Under the pieces are notes generated by a model. The model was not told where the DNA came from. It saw only the letters and a program-made list of their open reading frames with translations, and did not search any database. DNA of 63,823 nucleotides, the filler included, from Octopus bimaculoides (Eukaryota), in NCBI RefSeq assembly GCF_001194135.2. It is 5 parts of 4 records of this genome, joined end to end, with 100 filler letters (N's around TTAATTAATTAA, not from the genome) between each part and the next. Parts side by side here need not be neighbours in the genome. Positions count along the whole stretch, not along the records: positions 35,092 to 51,486 come from NC_068981.1; 4 more parts are not named here. One strand, written 5' to 3'. Made by a program: the position numbers and the translations under genes. Below, in pieces: positions 39,809-51,486 of this stretch; within the stretch, counting starts at the first letter, position 1, and every line of letters begins with the position of its first letter.

Positions 39809-40199
39809 GAACTAAGAATTTTACGAGCAAGAAGTTCCTCCCTCCTAGTTATGCTCTTCCATCTTCTTGTGATGATGGGATGAAATGAAGATTGGAGAAA
39901 GGTAGCAAGCTGTTGAGGTGGTCAGAAAAAGATAAGAGTGAGGACAAAAGTAAGGGCCAATTAGAAGTCATGCAAGGCTCAAGAAAAGGAGACTCATACA
40001 TCTTCTTCATCCTCTTCTCTTACTTTCTCTCTTCCTCTTCTCTCCTCTCTCCTTTCCTTTTTTTTCAATGGGATAGTTACATATCTCCTCTATTGCAAGA
40101 CACCTGTTTATATCCCCCTATCATACTCTAACCTATCACCACCTGGCATGAAGCCACCAGCTTCAATACAGCTTTACACTCAGTTAAGGAGTTTTGTCT

Positions 40200-40410
40200 T
40201 GCAAGTTACCTGGTAACCTCATTGGTGCTGGTGCCATGCAAAAAGCACCCAGTATGCTTTGTAAAGTGGTTGGCATTAGAAAGTGCACCCAGCTGTAGAA
40301 ACTAGGTCAAACCAGACAGTAGAGCTTGGTGCAGTCCTCTGGCTTGCTAGCTCCTATCATACTATGCAACTCACACCAGCATGAAAAATGGATGTTAAAA
40401 GATGATGATA
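40200..40410 (+). mobile_element. RTE-family 3' tail fragment
   Basis: aaaagcaccc..gtaaagtggttggcattag..cagcatgaaaaatggatgttaaaagatgatg, the same tail as 54270-54425. Confidence 0.75.
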
Positions 40411-40436
40411 ATGGTTCATCAACATCATCATAATTG

Positions 40437-40634
40437 GTGGTGAGCAAACAAAACTGTTACCATGCCAGGCAAAATGCTTGGCAGTATTTCATCCGTCTTT
40501 ATATTCTGAGATTAATTTTGTCTTTGATCCTTTCAGGGTCAATAAAATAAGTACCAGTTGAGCACTGGGGTCAGTGTAATCAACTTATCCCCTCCTCCCA
40601 AATTTCTGGCCTTGTGCCAAAATGTGAAACCATC

Positions 40635-40635
<1 letters not shown>
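40437..40635 (+). mobile_element. SINE family C ending in an (ATT)n tail
   Basis: aaaataagtaccagttgagcactgggg..tggccttgtgccaaaatgtgaaacc, then (ATT)n at 40637-40694. Confidence 0.85.
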
Positions 40636-40694
<59 letters not shown>

Positions 40695-41252
40695 GTTCAG
40701 TAGTTTTATTTTTATAACGTGCTTTCACTTCACTACCGAGCGCAGCTCTGTGAGCCTTGGGTATGTGCTGTAGTTTTCTGTGGTGCTCTTATGTTTACTG
40801 TATTGAAAGTGTTTTGCGTAGAATGTGTGCAGTACCCAGTAGTGCAATTTTCTGTATGTTATATATATTTNNNNNNNNNNNNNNNNNNNNNNNNNNNNNN
40901 NNNNNNNNNNNNNNNNNNNNNNNNNNNNNNNNNNNNNNNNNNNNNNNNNNNNNNNNNNNNNNNNNNNNNNNNNNNNNNNNNNNNNNNNNNNNNNNNNNNN
41001 NNNNNNNNNNNNNNNNNNNNNNNNNNNNNNNNNNNNNNNTTTTTTTCTTCATGATCTTTGACAACTATATCTGGTCTATTTGCCTTAATTTCTCTATCTG
41101 TGTGTATTGGCATATCCCAGAGTATGGTTTCTTTCTCGTTTTCTGTGACCTTTTCTGGCGTGTGTTTATACCATCTTTTTTCTGTTGTTATTCCATAGTG
41201 TTGGCATAGCTTCCAATGTATATAGGTCCCAGCTCTGTCGTGTCTGTGAATA
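40695..41252 (-). mobile_element. 5'-truncated young Dong-like LINE inside an (ATT)n array
   Basis: HRHDRAGTYIHWKLCQHYGITTEKRWYKHTPEKVTENE..LWDMPIHTDREIKANRPDIVVKD..QKIALLGTAHILRKTLSIQ*. (ATT)n on both sides. Confidence 0.92.
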
Positions 41253-41328
<76 letters not shown>

Positions 41329-42424
41329 AGTTGTAGTAGTAGTACAGAGACAAAGATAAGTTAAATGTAAAAATAAATGCAATTGGAAACTGAGAGTAAA
41401 GAAGCAAACCTGATGTGAATAAATATTTCTATATCAAATATGTTTTATTGGAAAAAGATGGAAGTTGAAGAAAATAACGCCTTCTCAGGAAATGAATAAT
41501 TCTTATGAAATATTTCTACCTTTTTATGATAAAAATAACCTTAACATTATGAAGAAAAATAAAATTTTTCCAAAGTTTTAAAAACATTTTTAGCAACATA
41601 GTATCTAACTACAACATGAAAAATATATTATGACATTTAGAAGAGATTTTATACTTCGTTTTCAACTTATTTAGAATTTCTATAGCTGCAGTACAGATTT
41701 AGAGTTGGTGATTTATATGGTTCAAATTGTATAGCCATCTATGGTAGCTATCACAATTCCTTTTGGTCCTAAATTCTGTACAGAACATATTTTCCTCTCA
41801 AACTCTTCATTTCCAGAACAGCTTATTGAACCCACTATCCTGAAATTGTGAGTGCGACTCCCTAACTACAAGGCCATGCACCTTCAGATATACAGATATA
41901 CACACATACATATGCACACATATATAAATAGGACAAGCTATAATATATGATGTTAGCTGACAAAGTAGATACAGTGAGACTGAACTCCTAGACTCATGGT
42001 TCTGAACTGAATTTCTAACCACAGAGCAATGCCTGCACCTATAAATATATAATGATTAAATATAACAATCAGTGAAAGTTGGAATCATCAATCAGATTAG
42101 GCTAGACAGGTTAAGAGGTGAGTTTACTCTCATAAATTTCCTAGTGCAACAAGCAAGAAGATTAGGCAGCAGACTTGTAGGAAAATGTCAATTTGGTTTT
42201 AAATCCTGGCCCCATAATTTGGTTGTTATACACACGCATGCACACACGCACACACACACGCACACACACACGCAAGGGCGCGCGGCATGGCTGTGTGGTT
42301 AAGAAGCTTGGTCTGCAACCTTGGACAAATGCATTCTACTATAGACCTGGACTCACCAACTGACAGATATCTTGTGAATGAATTTGGTAGATGGAAACTG
42401 AGTGGAAGACCATTGTATATGTGA

Positions 42425-42464
<40 letters not shown>

Positions 42465-43343
42465 NNNNNNNNNNNNNNNNNNNNNNNNNNNNNNNNNNNN
42501 NNNNNNNNNNNNNNNNNNNNNNNNNNNNNNNNNNNNNNNNNNNNNNNNNNNNNNNNNNNNNNNNNNNNNNNNNNNNNNNNNNNNNNNNNNNNNNNNNNNN
42601 NNNNNNNNNNNNNNNNNNNNNNNNNNNNNNNNNNNNNNNNNNNNNNNNNNNNNNNNNNNNNNNNNNNNNNNNNNNNNNNNNNNNNNNNNNNNNNNNNNNN
42701 NNNNNNNNNNNNNNNNNNNNNNNNNNNNNNNNNNNNNNNNNNNNNNNNNNNNNNNNNNNNNNNNNNNNNNNNNNNNNNNNNNNNNNNNNNNNNNNNNNNN
42801 NNNNNNNNNNNNNNNNNNNNNNNNNNNNNNNNNNNNNNNNNNNNNNNNNNNNNNNNNNNNNNNNNNNNNNNNNNNNNNNNNNNNNNNNNNNNNNNNNNNN
42901 NNNNNNNNNNNNNNNNNNNNNNNNNNNNNNNNNNNNNNNNNNNNNNNNNNNNNNNNNNNNNNNNNNNNNNNNNNNNNNNNNNNNNNNNNNNNNNNNNNNN
43001 NNNNNNNNNNNNNNNNNNNNNNNNNNNNNNNNNNNNNNNNNNNNNNNNNNNNNNNNNNNNNNNNNNNNNNNNNNNNNNNNNNNNNNNNNNNNNNNNNNNN
43101 NNNNNNNNNNNNNNNNNNNNNNNNNNNNNNNNNNNNNNNNNNNNNNNNNNNNNNNNNNNNNNNNNNNNNNNNNNNNNNNNNNNNNNNNNNNNNNNNNNNN
43201 NNNNNNNNNNNNNNNNNNNNNNNNNNNNNNNNNNNNNNNNNNNNNNNNNNNNNNNNNNNNNNNNNNNNNNNNNNNNNNNNNNNNNNNNNNNNNNNNNNNN
43301 NNNNNNNNNNNNNNNNNNNNNNNNNNNNNNNNNNNNNNNNNNN

Positions 43344-43385
<42 letters not shown>

Positions 43386-43573
43386 GACAAAATAATGGAA
43401 ACACCTAGCGTCATAGCATCATTATTTCTTTATACACCCTAATGTTCTCATTCCAGTCCATGTCACGATGCTGTTGAGCCAGTCTGTCTTGTCACCCTCT
43501 TCCCTTCCTAACTTTTTTCAAATGTGATTGTCTTTGCATGTGTACCAGCTGGAATCAGTGGCTACATACTTAC

Positions 43574-43582
43574 TTGTGAGAT
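43574..43582 (-). CDS. Candidate 9-nt microexon (ATCTCACAA)
   Basis: Minus strand ttatattttcattattAG|ATCTCACAA|GTAAGTatg, with an upstream gctaac branch point. No transcript evidence. Confidence 0.35.
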
Positions 43583-44377
43583 CTAATAATGAAAATATAA
43601 CATGTAAAACTGAATATAAAGAGGTGAATTGTAACAGCATCAACACAACAGCACAGTTAGCAATGATGAAAATAAGATCTGGAACGACAAGAACAGTGTG
43701 CCAAGCAACAAAGCAAGGCTAGTATAATCTGTGATAACCGCCATTGTATTGTATGGTTATATTATTAAGTATCATCAGTATCTAAAGTAATTTGAAGACT
43801 ATAAAGTCGAATGAGATCAGAAATGTTTGATAAATGATAGAAAAATAGCGATTTCCACCTAACAGTGTTTCTCAATTTTAGTGCATTTAACATTGTGATT
43901 GTTAAATGATCTATGATGAATTCAATCAACTATGATGGTGATTTTGATCTTGATCTTTCTTTCAAATTCACTTCCGTCAGTTGTGCTATATCTATCCAAT
44001 CAACTACGCTCTATGCAACAAAGACGGCGATTTTGTCCTAATTGGGTTTCTCTTTCTCATTTTCAGTGCAGTCATTGCTATGTCTGCTCAATGAACTATG
44101 CTTTGTTAATTCCTATGTACATGCCATAAGTCTGTTCAGACTCGACCAGACAACAAAGCTGTTACAGCAGTAGTGTCAGCAACTACAACAGCAACAGCAA
44201 TAACGAGGTTGATAAAAGTGTTTGTGCTGATGATGGTATTGGGTGTTGTAGTACTGGTCACAGTAATGTTGGTGTGTATAACGATGACAATAATTAGGAT
44301 GTTGATGATAATGATGATGGCGAAGAAAAGCAAGAGAAAAGAAGTGAAGCAGCAAGATTGGGACGATGATGATGATG

Positions 44378-44604
44378 ATGGCGAGCTGGCAGAATCGTTA
44401 GCACGCCGGGCGAAACGCTTAGCGGTATTTCGTCAGCCGCTACGTTCTGAGTTCAAATTCCGCCAAGGTCAACTTTGCCTTTCATCTCTTCGGGGTCGAT
44501 AAATTAAGTACCAGTTACACACTGGGGTCGATGTAATCAACTTAATCCCTTTGTCTGTCCTTGTTTGTCTCTTCTATGTTTAGCCCCTTGTGGGCAATAA
44601 AGAA
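44378..44604 (+). mobile_element. SINE family B, young
   Basis: Near-consensus, CpGs retained, inserted in a (GAT)n tract. Confidence 0.9.
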
Positions 44605-45049
44605 TTGGATGATGATGATGGGGGGGGGGTAGTGTTGGTGTTGGTGCTGGTGCTGGCCTTCTTTGAAAGAAAATTCAGAAACATCCGAAGGGTGGGGCAA
44701 GTTATTAAACATTTTGCTATTCATTGTGATTGATTCATCAATTTAGGTGTAGAATATGTCAACTAGAGAAACCACTACATGTATACTTGAACTGGTATAA
44801 ATAGCTGTCAAATCTCCCTTACATTAACCCTTTTAAGGTGCAATATGAAGGAGATGTTGAAAAGGGAGGATAGGACACATCAGATAATGTAGTTTTGGAT
44901 ATTAGCATGTTTGTCAGTCAGATCAACGGAGACTATCTAGACATCCTTAAAGATCACTGATGACATGAAGGGTGATTTTGTTTAAGGTGAAGAAATTTGC
45001 CTCAATAAACTCTGCCTGACCCATGCAAGCATGGAAAAGTGGAAATTAA

Positions 45050-45231
45050 CCCTTTAGTATTTAAATTGACCATATCCAGATCCAGCCTCTCACACCTACT
45101 CAACAATGTCATTCTGAAAATAAGCAATAATATCGTTGAAATCTGGAAGCTACAAGATAATGCATGCATAATTCAAAATAACGTGAATATATAAGCATTG
45201 CATTTGATAAAGTAATCTGAATGCTAAAGGG
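45050..45231. mobile_element. piggyBac-type MITE
   Basis: TTAA|ccctttagtatt ... aatgctaaaggg|TTAA (TSDs at 45046-49 and 45232-35). Sits inside an RTE tail. Confidence 0.75.
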
Positions 45232-45373
45232 TTAAAATGATGACAACGACGACGACGACGATGATGATGATGATGATGATGATGATGATCATCATCATCA
45301 TGATGATGATGTTGACGATGACGATGATGACGATGACGATGACGATTATGATGATGATATGTGAGATCCTTAC

Positions 45374-45479
45374 GGTATGTGTATATAATATGCAGAATGC
45401 TTCCTTAAGGAACTTTCTTTCAGCCATAATCTTTTGTCAGTATAGTAACCATAGTAGCAGGTAATCAATTCATTGGTTC
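45374..45479 (-). CDS. Candidate 106-nt exon of an unidentified host gene
   Basis: Poly-T..cctgggcaAG|..catacc|GTAAGG. One frame is open throughout (TNELITCYYGYYTDKRLWLKESSLRKHSAYYIHI); another has an ATG in strong context (MAERKFLKEAFCILYTHT). Confidence 0.25.
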
Positions 45480-45820
45480 CTTGCCCAGGAAAAAAAAAAA
45501 ATTTTTTAAATAAAGAAAAAGAAAAAGGAAAAAGATGACAAAACAAACAAACAAACAAAAGCAAACTATTTTAAGCTTGCAAGGACTGCTGTAACAGATA
45601 TCAAGAATGTGTTATGAGCTATCATTTAACACTACTGAATTGCAAGCAACAGCAGCATATGACACGTGACCATGTGACATGTGACAGGTGACAGCAGACA
45701 GATTGGCCAGCATAATACTGCGAATCTGTGTTTGTCAATGTTTGTCAAATGACTGAAACAAGTAAAACAGTACTTCCCGTGGTTAAGAAACAAAACAAGG
45801 TTCTGTAGTTAAGAAATTCA

Positions 45821-45838
45821 CTGCCGCTGCTGCTTCTG

Positions 45839-45876
<38 letters not shown>

Positions 45877-46225
45877 GCTACTGCTGCTGCTGCTGCTGCT
45901 GCTTCTGCGTCTGCTACTACTGCTAATGCTGCTGCTACTACTGCTGCTGCTGCCGCCACCGCTGTCGCCGCCGATGCTGCCGGTGCCGCCGCCGCCGCCA
46001 CCACCACCAAAACCACCACCACCNNNNNNNNNNNNNNNNNNNNNNNNNNNNNNNNNNNNNNNNNNNNNNNNNNNNNNNNNNNNNNNNNNNNNNNNNNNNN
46101 NNNNNNNNNNNNNNNNNNNNNNNNNNNNNNNNNNNNNNNNNNNNNNNNNNNNNNNNNNNNNNNNNNNNNNNNNNNNNNNNNNNNNNNNNNNNNCCACCAC
46201 CACCACCACCACCACCACCACCATC
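45821..46225 (+). repeat. Compound trinucleotide array (GCT/ACT/GCC/ACC) with an internal gap
   Basis: Direct reading. Confidence 0.95.
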
Positions 46226-46420
46226 ACGAGCTGTCACAATCATAAGACCAATAACATTATTGACCCTATTAAGACACTAACAACACTGATACAAATAATA
46301 TAATTACTGTCATGGTGGTGATCATCAACATCATCATTGCTGCTGCTGTTGCTGTTGCTGTTGTGATGGTTGACAAAGATGTCTGGGAAGTATGCTAGTC
46401 TACAGGCTATATAGAGGCAT

Positions 46421-46870
46421 AGGTGCAGGTATAGCTGTGTGGTAAGAAATTTGCTTCCCAACCAAGGTGGCGAGCTGGCAGAAACGTTAGCACACCGGGC
46501 AAAATGCTTAGCAGTATTTCGTCTGTCTTTACGTTCTGAGTTCAAATTCCGCTGAGGTTGACTTTGCCTTTCATCCTTTCGGGGTTGATAAATTAAGTAC
46601 CAGCTACACACTGGTGTCGATGTAATCGACTTAATCCCTTTGTCTGTCCTTGTTTGTCCCCTCTATGTTTAGCCCCTTGTGGGCAATAAAGAAATAAGAA
46701 ATTTGCTTCCCAACCACATGGTTCCAGGTTCAGTCTCATGACTTGGCATATTGGGTAAGGGTCTTCTTCTATAGCCCTGGGCCAATCAAAGCCTTGTGAG
46801 TGGATTTGGTAGATGAAAATTGCAAGAAGCCCATTGGATACGTGTGTGTGTGTATGTGTGTGTGTGTGTA
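46421..46870 (+). mobile_element. SINE family A interrupted by a SINE B insertion
   Basis: Head aggtgcaggtatagctgtgtggtaagaaatttgcttcccaacca resumes after 46716 with catggttccaggttcagtc. Confidence 0.85.
46465..46694 (+). mobile_element. SINE family B with a TSD of up to 22 bp
   Basis: taagaaatttgcttcccaacca at 46443-46464 and 46695-46716. Confidence 0.92.
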
Positions 46871-48139
46871 CATTAATCAAAGTATTATAAATACAGTGTT
46901 ATAGATGCATTCCAACTGATCTTGTTCATTGGTTTTGTACTGGATATTAAAACTGGATGTTAGATAATAGCATATTAAGTGATATGCTGTGCTCTTCAGA
47001 GACAGCAGGTATGGAAAAAATATGCCGACTTTGAGTAATATATCCACTCTATTGACAGATATACTAGTGCATCTTTTTTTCTTCTAACTAATGAATTCTT
47101 AGATGACTATCATCATCATTTAACGTCCGTCCTCCTCTACCACTTGACAATCAGCATTGGTTAGTTTACACACCTTTAACTTAGTAGTTCTCAAAAGAGA
47201 TCAATAGAATAAGCACCAAACTTTACAAGATAAGGACTGGGGTTGATTATTTTTGCTAAAACCTTTCAATGTGGTGCCCAGCATGGCTTCAGTCAAATGA
47301 CTGAAACAAGTAAAAAGATGTAGAAAAAAGATATAACTGGGTTGTATAATCTCAGCTGCAGTGATAAGCTGGTCAAATAATCATGGAGTATCAGAAAATG
47401 AGAGAAGTAAGACAGGTTTCAAACAGAAGGTGTTCTTTCCTTTTTACCAAACTCTCTAATGTAGGATATAAAAAGACAATGAAAAAAACCTCTATGTGGT
47501 TGCTTCATCTGCTAGAACAAGCAGCCAAACAACAAGAAATGATACCTGTACTAAGAATTGCTGTTTCAAAAATTTCCAATCTATAGTCATAGTTCTGTGA
47601 TTAAGAAATCCACTTTGCAACTGCTAAGTGTATTTTTAAGGTTCAGTCCTACTTATGACACTTTGGACTGATATTTTCTACCATAAACATGGATTGATTA
47701 AAGCCTTGTGAATGAAATTTGGACAATGGAAATAGTGTAGAAGTACATTAGAGGGACTATTCTTGTTCTTGGGCAATAAGTTTAATTCTCCCCACCCCTC
47801 AGTTTAATACTACAGTCTTGGGTACCTTTAATGGAACCACTCAGTTGCAAATTTTGGGCAACAGAAAAAAATGTAATTTTCCACCCTCTTTTATTTGTTA
47901 AAAAAAATCATGATAAACTTACTGCATTGCTGTGCGGTAAAAAATTTCAATTTCCAACCACATGGTTCCAGATTCAATCAGTCCTGCTGCATTGCATTTT
48001 GTTCAAGTGCCTTCTAATATAACCTTGGGTTAACCAAAGCCTTGTGAGTGGATTTGGCAGATAGAAACTGAAGGAAGCCTGTTGTGTGTGTGTGTGTGTG
48101 TGTGTGTGTACACACACACACACACATAGACATAATATA

Positions 48140-49390
48140 TTGGGTGATCCCATAAATAATGTGGTTTTTTTTATACTTCTTTGATTTTTCAAAATTAAGA
48201 TAAACAGTTTTTTCTAATCTAAAATATAATCTCCTTCATTTTCTACAATGCTCTTCCATCTATCTGGTAGATTTTCAAGGCTCTACTTCCAAAATTCTCT
48301 TGTCTATGACAAAAAATGCTCCTCCAGTACTGTTCTGACCTCGTCTACAAAATTCATATTTTTTCCATCCAAATGATTTTGACGACTGTGGAATAAATGA
48401 TAATCAGATGGGGTAATGTCTAGCGAATATGGTGGGAGGGGCATCATTTCCCATTCAAACTGATCCAGCCTTTGGAATGTCATCCTTGCTGTATGTAACC
48501 GAGCATTATCCTGATGGAAGAACACCTTTCATCTTGAAACCAAAGATGGTCGTTTTTCTTCTAGCACTGACTTAAGCCGCTTAAGTCAGTAAATCTCCTT
48601 TGTTATTGTTTGGTTTGGGTTTAAAAGTTCAAAGTTGACTAAACTTTTTATATCTCACCAAACAGATAACAACACTTCACATGGGTGATGACCTTCTTTA
48701 GCCTGGGGTGCTGGTATTTCTCCTTTCCCTACCCACTGTCTTGGGCGCTTGACATTTTTATAGAGAACTCATTTCTCATCACCAGTCACTATTCAGCTCC
48801 CAAAAAGCTTCATTCATGAGATGTGACAGCAAAGAAGAGCACACATTCACTCTCTGCATGCAATTAGACTTGGAAAGTTTGTGAGGAGCCTATTGACCCA
48901 ATGTGCTGACTTTTCCAATGGAACACAGGTGTTGATGAATGGTTGAATGACCAAATCCAAGCTTCTCTGCTAGTTCCTCAACAGTTACGATGGGATTTTG
49001 TTCCACTAGGGTTTGCAGGATGTCCTCCTTGAGCTCTACAGATCTTCCAGGATGAGGCTTGTCTTCTAGGTTGTAGTTTCCGGCTTGGAATTTCTGGAAC
49101 CGCCGTTGACACTGGCTTACACTTATTGTCCAATCCCCATATATTGCATTGATATCCCTCGCACTTTCCATCGCCTTTATTGAAGGATATTGTATTTTGA
49201 ATGACATCTTGAACTATCACAAATGGATATGTATGTTTTTCTACATTTAATCACAGACCTCTTCACTCTGATTTATAATTTTATATTTGACATTCTATAT
49301 TTGACATTCTAAGTTAGATATATGTATGCTAATTTATATTTATATTTATAAATTCTGTTATACATAATAAGCACATTTTATTTCCAATAT
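48140..49390 (-). mobile_element. Essentially full-length mariner (about 1.25 kb), dead DD34D transposase
   Basis: HTH ..QRRFQKFQAGNYNLEDKPHPGRS, GQ*APHKL, IVTGDEK, FFHQDNAR, PYSLDITPSDYHLF. TIR ttgggtgatcccataaataatgtgg after TA at 48138-39; the far TIR is degenerate near 49370-49390. Confidence 0.92.
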
Positions 49391-49394
49391 TATA

Positions 49395-49668
49395 AGAGTG
49401 GGCTCTACCTATTATACTCTAACTAAGGGTGTACTTTCTTTTTCTAGATTTCAATTCCCATATATGTTTACTTAATTCGCTATGATAGATCGCTGACCAC
49501 TACACATATTTTTTTCTCTCCTTGTTTCTTTTTGTGTTCCTTTCTGTTGAAGAGCGTAGGCTCGAAACGTTAAAGACTTTCTCTACTCCCGAGCGTTATA
49601 CTAATATATCCATTTGTTGTTTACACCACCTGTCTTCGTCTGTTGTTTTTTCGTGAATTCTCCCTATA
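49395..49668 (+). mobile_element. Putative Penelope-like pLTR / 3' fragment
   Basis: Non-coding T-rich segment that carries a hammerhead-like motif and abuts a GIY-YIG fragment. The PLE assignment is inferred. Confidence 0.55.
49540..49577 (+). ncRNA. Minimal type-I hammerhead-like motif with variant core
   Basis: cttt CTGTTGA A GAGC gtag GCTC GAA ACGT T aaag: helix I cttt/aaag, helix II 4 bp plus tetraloop, palindromic ACGT helix III, GUU triplet. The core has U at A6. Confidence 0.6.
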
Positions 49669-50185
49669 TTTACCTAAACCTGTGGACTTACTTAATTTGG
49701 GATTTTTGAAAGTCTGGTAGTGTTGGGAGATTCTTTTTTTAATTTCATTTGCTGTAGATCCTATACATATCTTATTTATATTATTATTATTATTATTGTT
49801 CTGAGAAATTACTATACATTTATAAATTACATTGTCAATATTACAATTATTAGAGAGCTTACATTTAGTCTAATCATGACACGAACATTATATGTGGATT
49901 ATGACTTCCATCACTAGTAGTTATATTATAGCTAGAGCTATTATTTATTGTGTTGTTATAATAATTATTTAAATTCTTATTATTTATTGAGGAGATGATA
50001 TTACCTACATTCCTCAATGTTGAGTAGCCTGCTCTTATTGTTTTACTGGAAAATATATTAGAATAAATGTTGTACTTTTTAAAAGACACTTTTACAATTT
50101 TTAGTATCTCCTTAATAATATTAGTCTTCACTTGAGCCCCATATGGAATAATTAATCATGTAATATCCTTTTAGTTTTCTATATT
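49668..50185 (-). mobile_element. Penelope-like element fragment (linker, Cys motif, GIY-YIG endonuclease)
   Basis: VKTNIIKEIL..FSSKTIRAGYSTLRNVGNIISSINNK; CSCHD*TKCKLSNNC; VIYKCIV..ICIGSTANEIKKRISQHYQTFKNP..KSTGLGKY. Confidence 0.85.
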
Positions 50186-50477
50186 TTTATATTATAATTA
50201 TTAGACACTATCAGTATCAAAGTGTTATTCGTAGGTGTATTAAATCTCCACTTATATAATGTATTATGTTTCTTATTATTGATCATATTCTCATTATAAG
50301 TATTACTACTATTATTATTATTGTAATCATTAATAATAAATATGTTGTATTTATTTTTATTTAGTTTTTTTATACTGTCTTTTATTATTATTCATATTTT
50401 TGCTGTTAGAATGAGTATTAAGATTACCTGTTGTACTATTAAGGTGTTAGTAATGATTAAAGAATTTTATTTTAGAG

Positions 50478-51045
50478 TTATATAGCAGGATGGTATTTGA
50501 CTCTTTCCACTGTGAGGGAATTCTTCCCTCATCTAGATAGTGCAGGAATCACTCGGCGAGGATTTTCCAGAGCTGCTCTCTGCCTGACTTTAACGGCTCC
50601 AATGTTATACCATCTTTTCCTGGTGCCTTTCTGTTTTTCATTAAGCTGATGGCTCTTTCAACTTCACTGACAAGGATAGGTGGCACATTTTCTTCCTGTT
50701 GGAGTGGTGGTTCCAGCTGGACATTTCTGGTAGACTTGAAAAGCTTGGTGTAGAAGTCTTCACAAACCTTTTCCATCTCGCTCTTATCGTTGACCGGTAC
50801 TCTATCTGTATTCTTCAAGGCTGTCACCTCCGATCTATATAGTGCCATGTCCCTCTTGCATTTCTTGAGGCTCTCCTTTTCCTCTGCAGCCTTCAGGAGC
50901 TTCTCCATCCAGTATGCCTCAAAGTCTCTCTTCAGTTGCTGACGAATCACTCTGCTGAGAAGAGAATATTCAAGGTGAATATTCTCTTCTCTAGTAACTT
51001 CGTAGTTTCCTCCGAGACTCTTCCCTTCTCTCTCGGACACACTTT
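50478..51045 (-). mobile_element. RTE-clade LINE fragment (EN-RT linker and RT start)
   Basis: EKVCEDFYTKLF..VPPILVSEVERAISLMKNRKAPGKDGIT..GRIPSQWKESNTILLY. Confidence 0.88.
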
Positions 51046-51079
51046 CTTAGCATTCCTTAAATACTCCTTCAATTTCCCT

Positions 51080-51486
51080 ATCAGTCAATGACTTGAACAA
51101 TAATAACGATGTCCAGGAAACATCTCTAACGTTCCTTAAACATTCTTATGAAGGCCATAAGCTAAGAAGCAAACTTACTGCCTTGTACAAAGATGCTGAA
51201 CTAAAAGGAAAATCCGTTCAAGATTTACGGTACATTCTGTATAACAGTGGATTAGATGAAGCTTTACCCCAGTTAACGAAGTTTTCTGAATTAAAATTAA
51301 CATTCCTGTTCATACCTAAGGAGAATTCATAATTATACAAGAAATTTGCAGGGACAAAAAAGGTTGAGCATTTTAGTTCTAATTGGCATAGAAAAAGCCA
51401 TTTTAAAAAGCATTAAGAAAGACACTTTCTACAATGATGTTATCAACAATTTCTACAAGAAAAAGAGAAGAATTGAATTAACATTT
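51080..51486 (+). mobile_element. hAT transposase C-terminal dimerisation-domain remnant
   Basis: LTALYKDAELKGKS..ALPQLTK..LKLTF; GQKRLSILVLIGIEK..FYNDVINNF..KRRIELTF. Confidence 0.75.

Noticed and set aside
45745-46303. Poly-Gly/Ser/Pro/Ala ORFs
   Set aside because: These are translations of a compound trinucleotide microsatellite spanning a gap.
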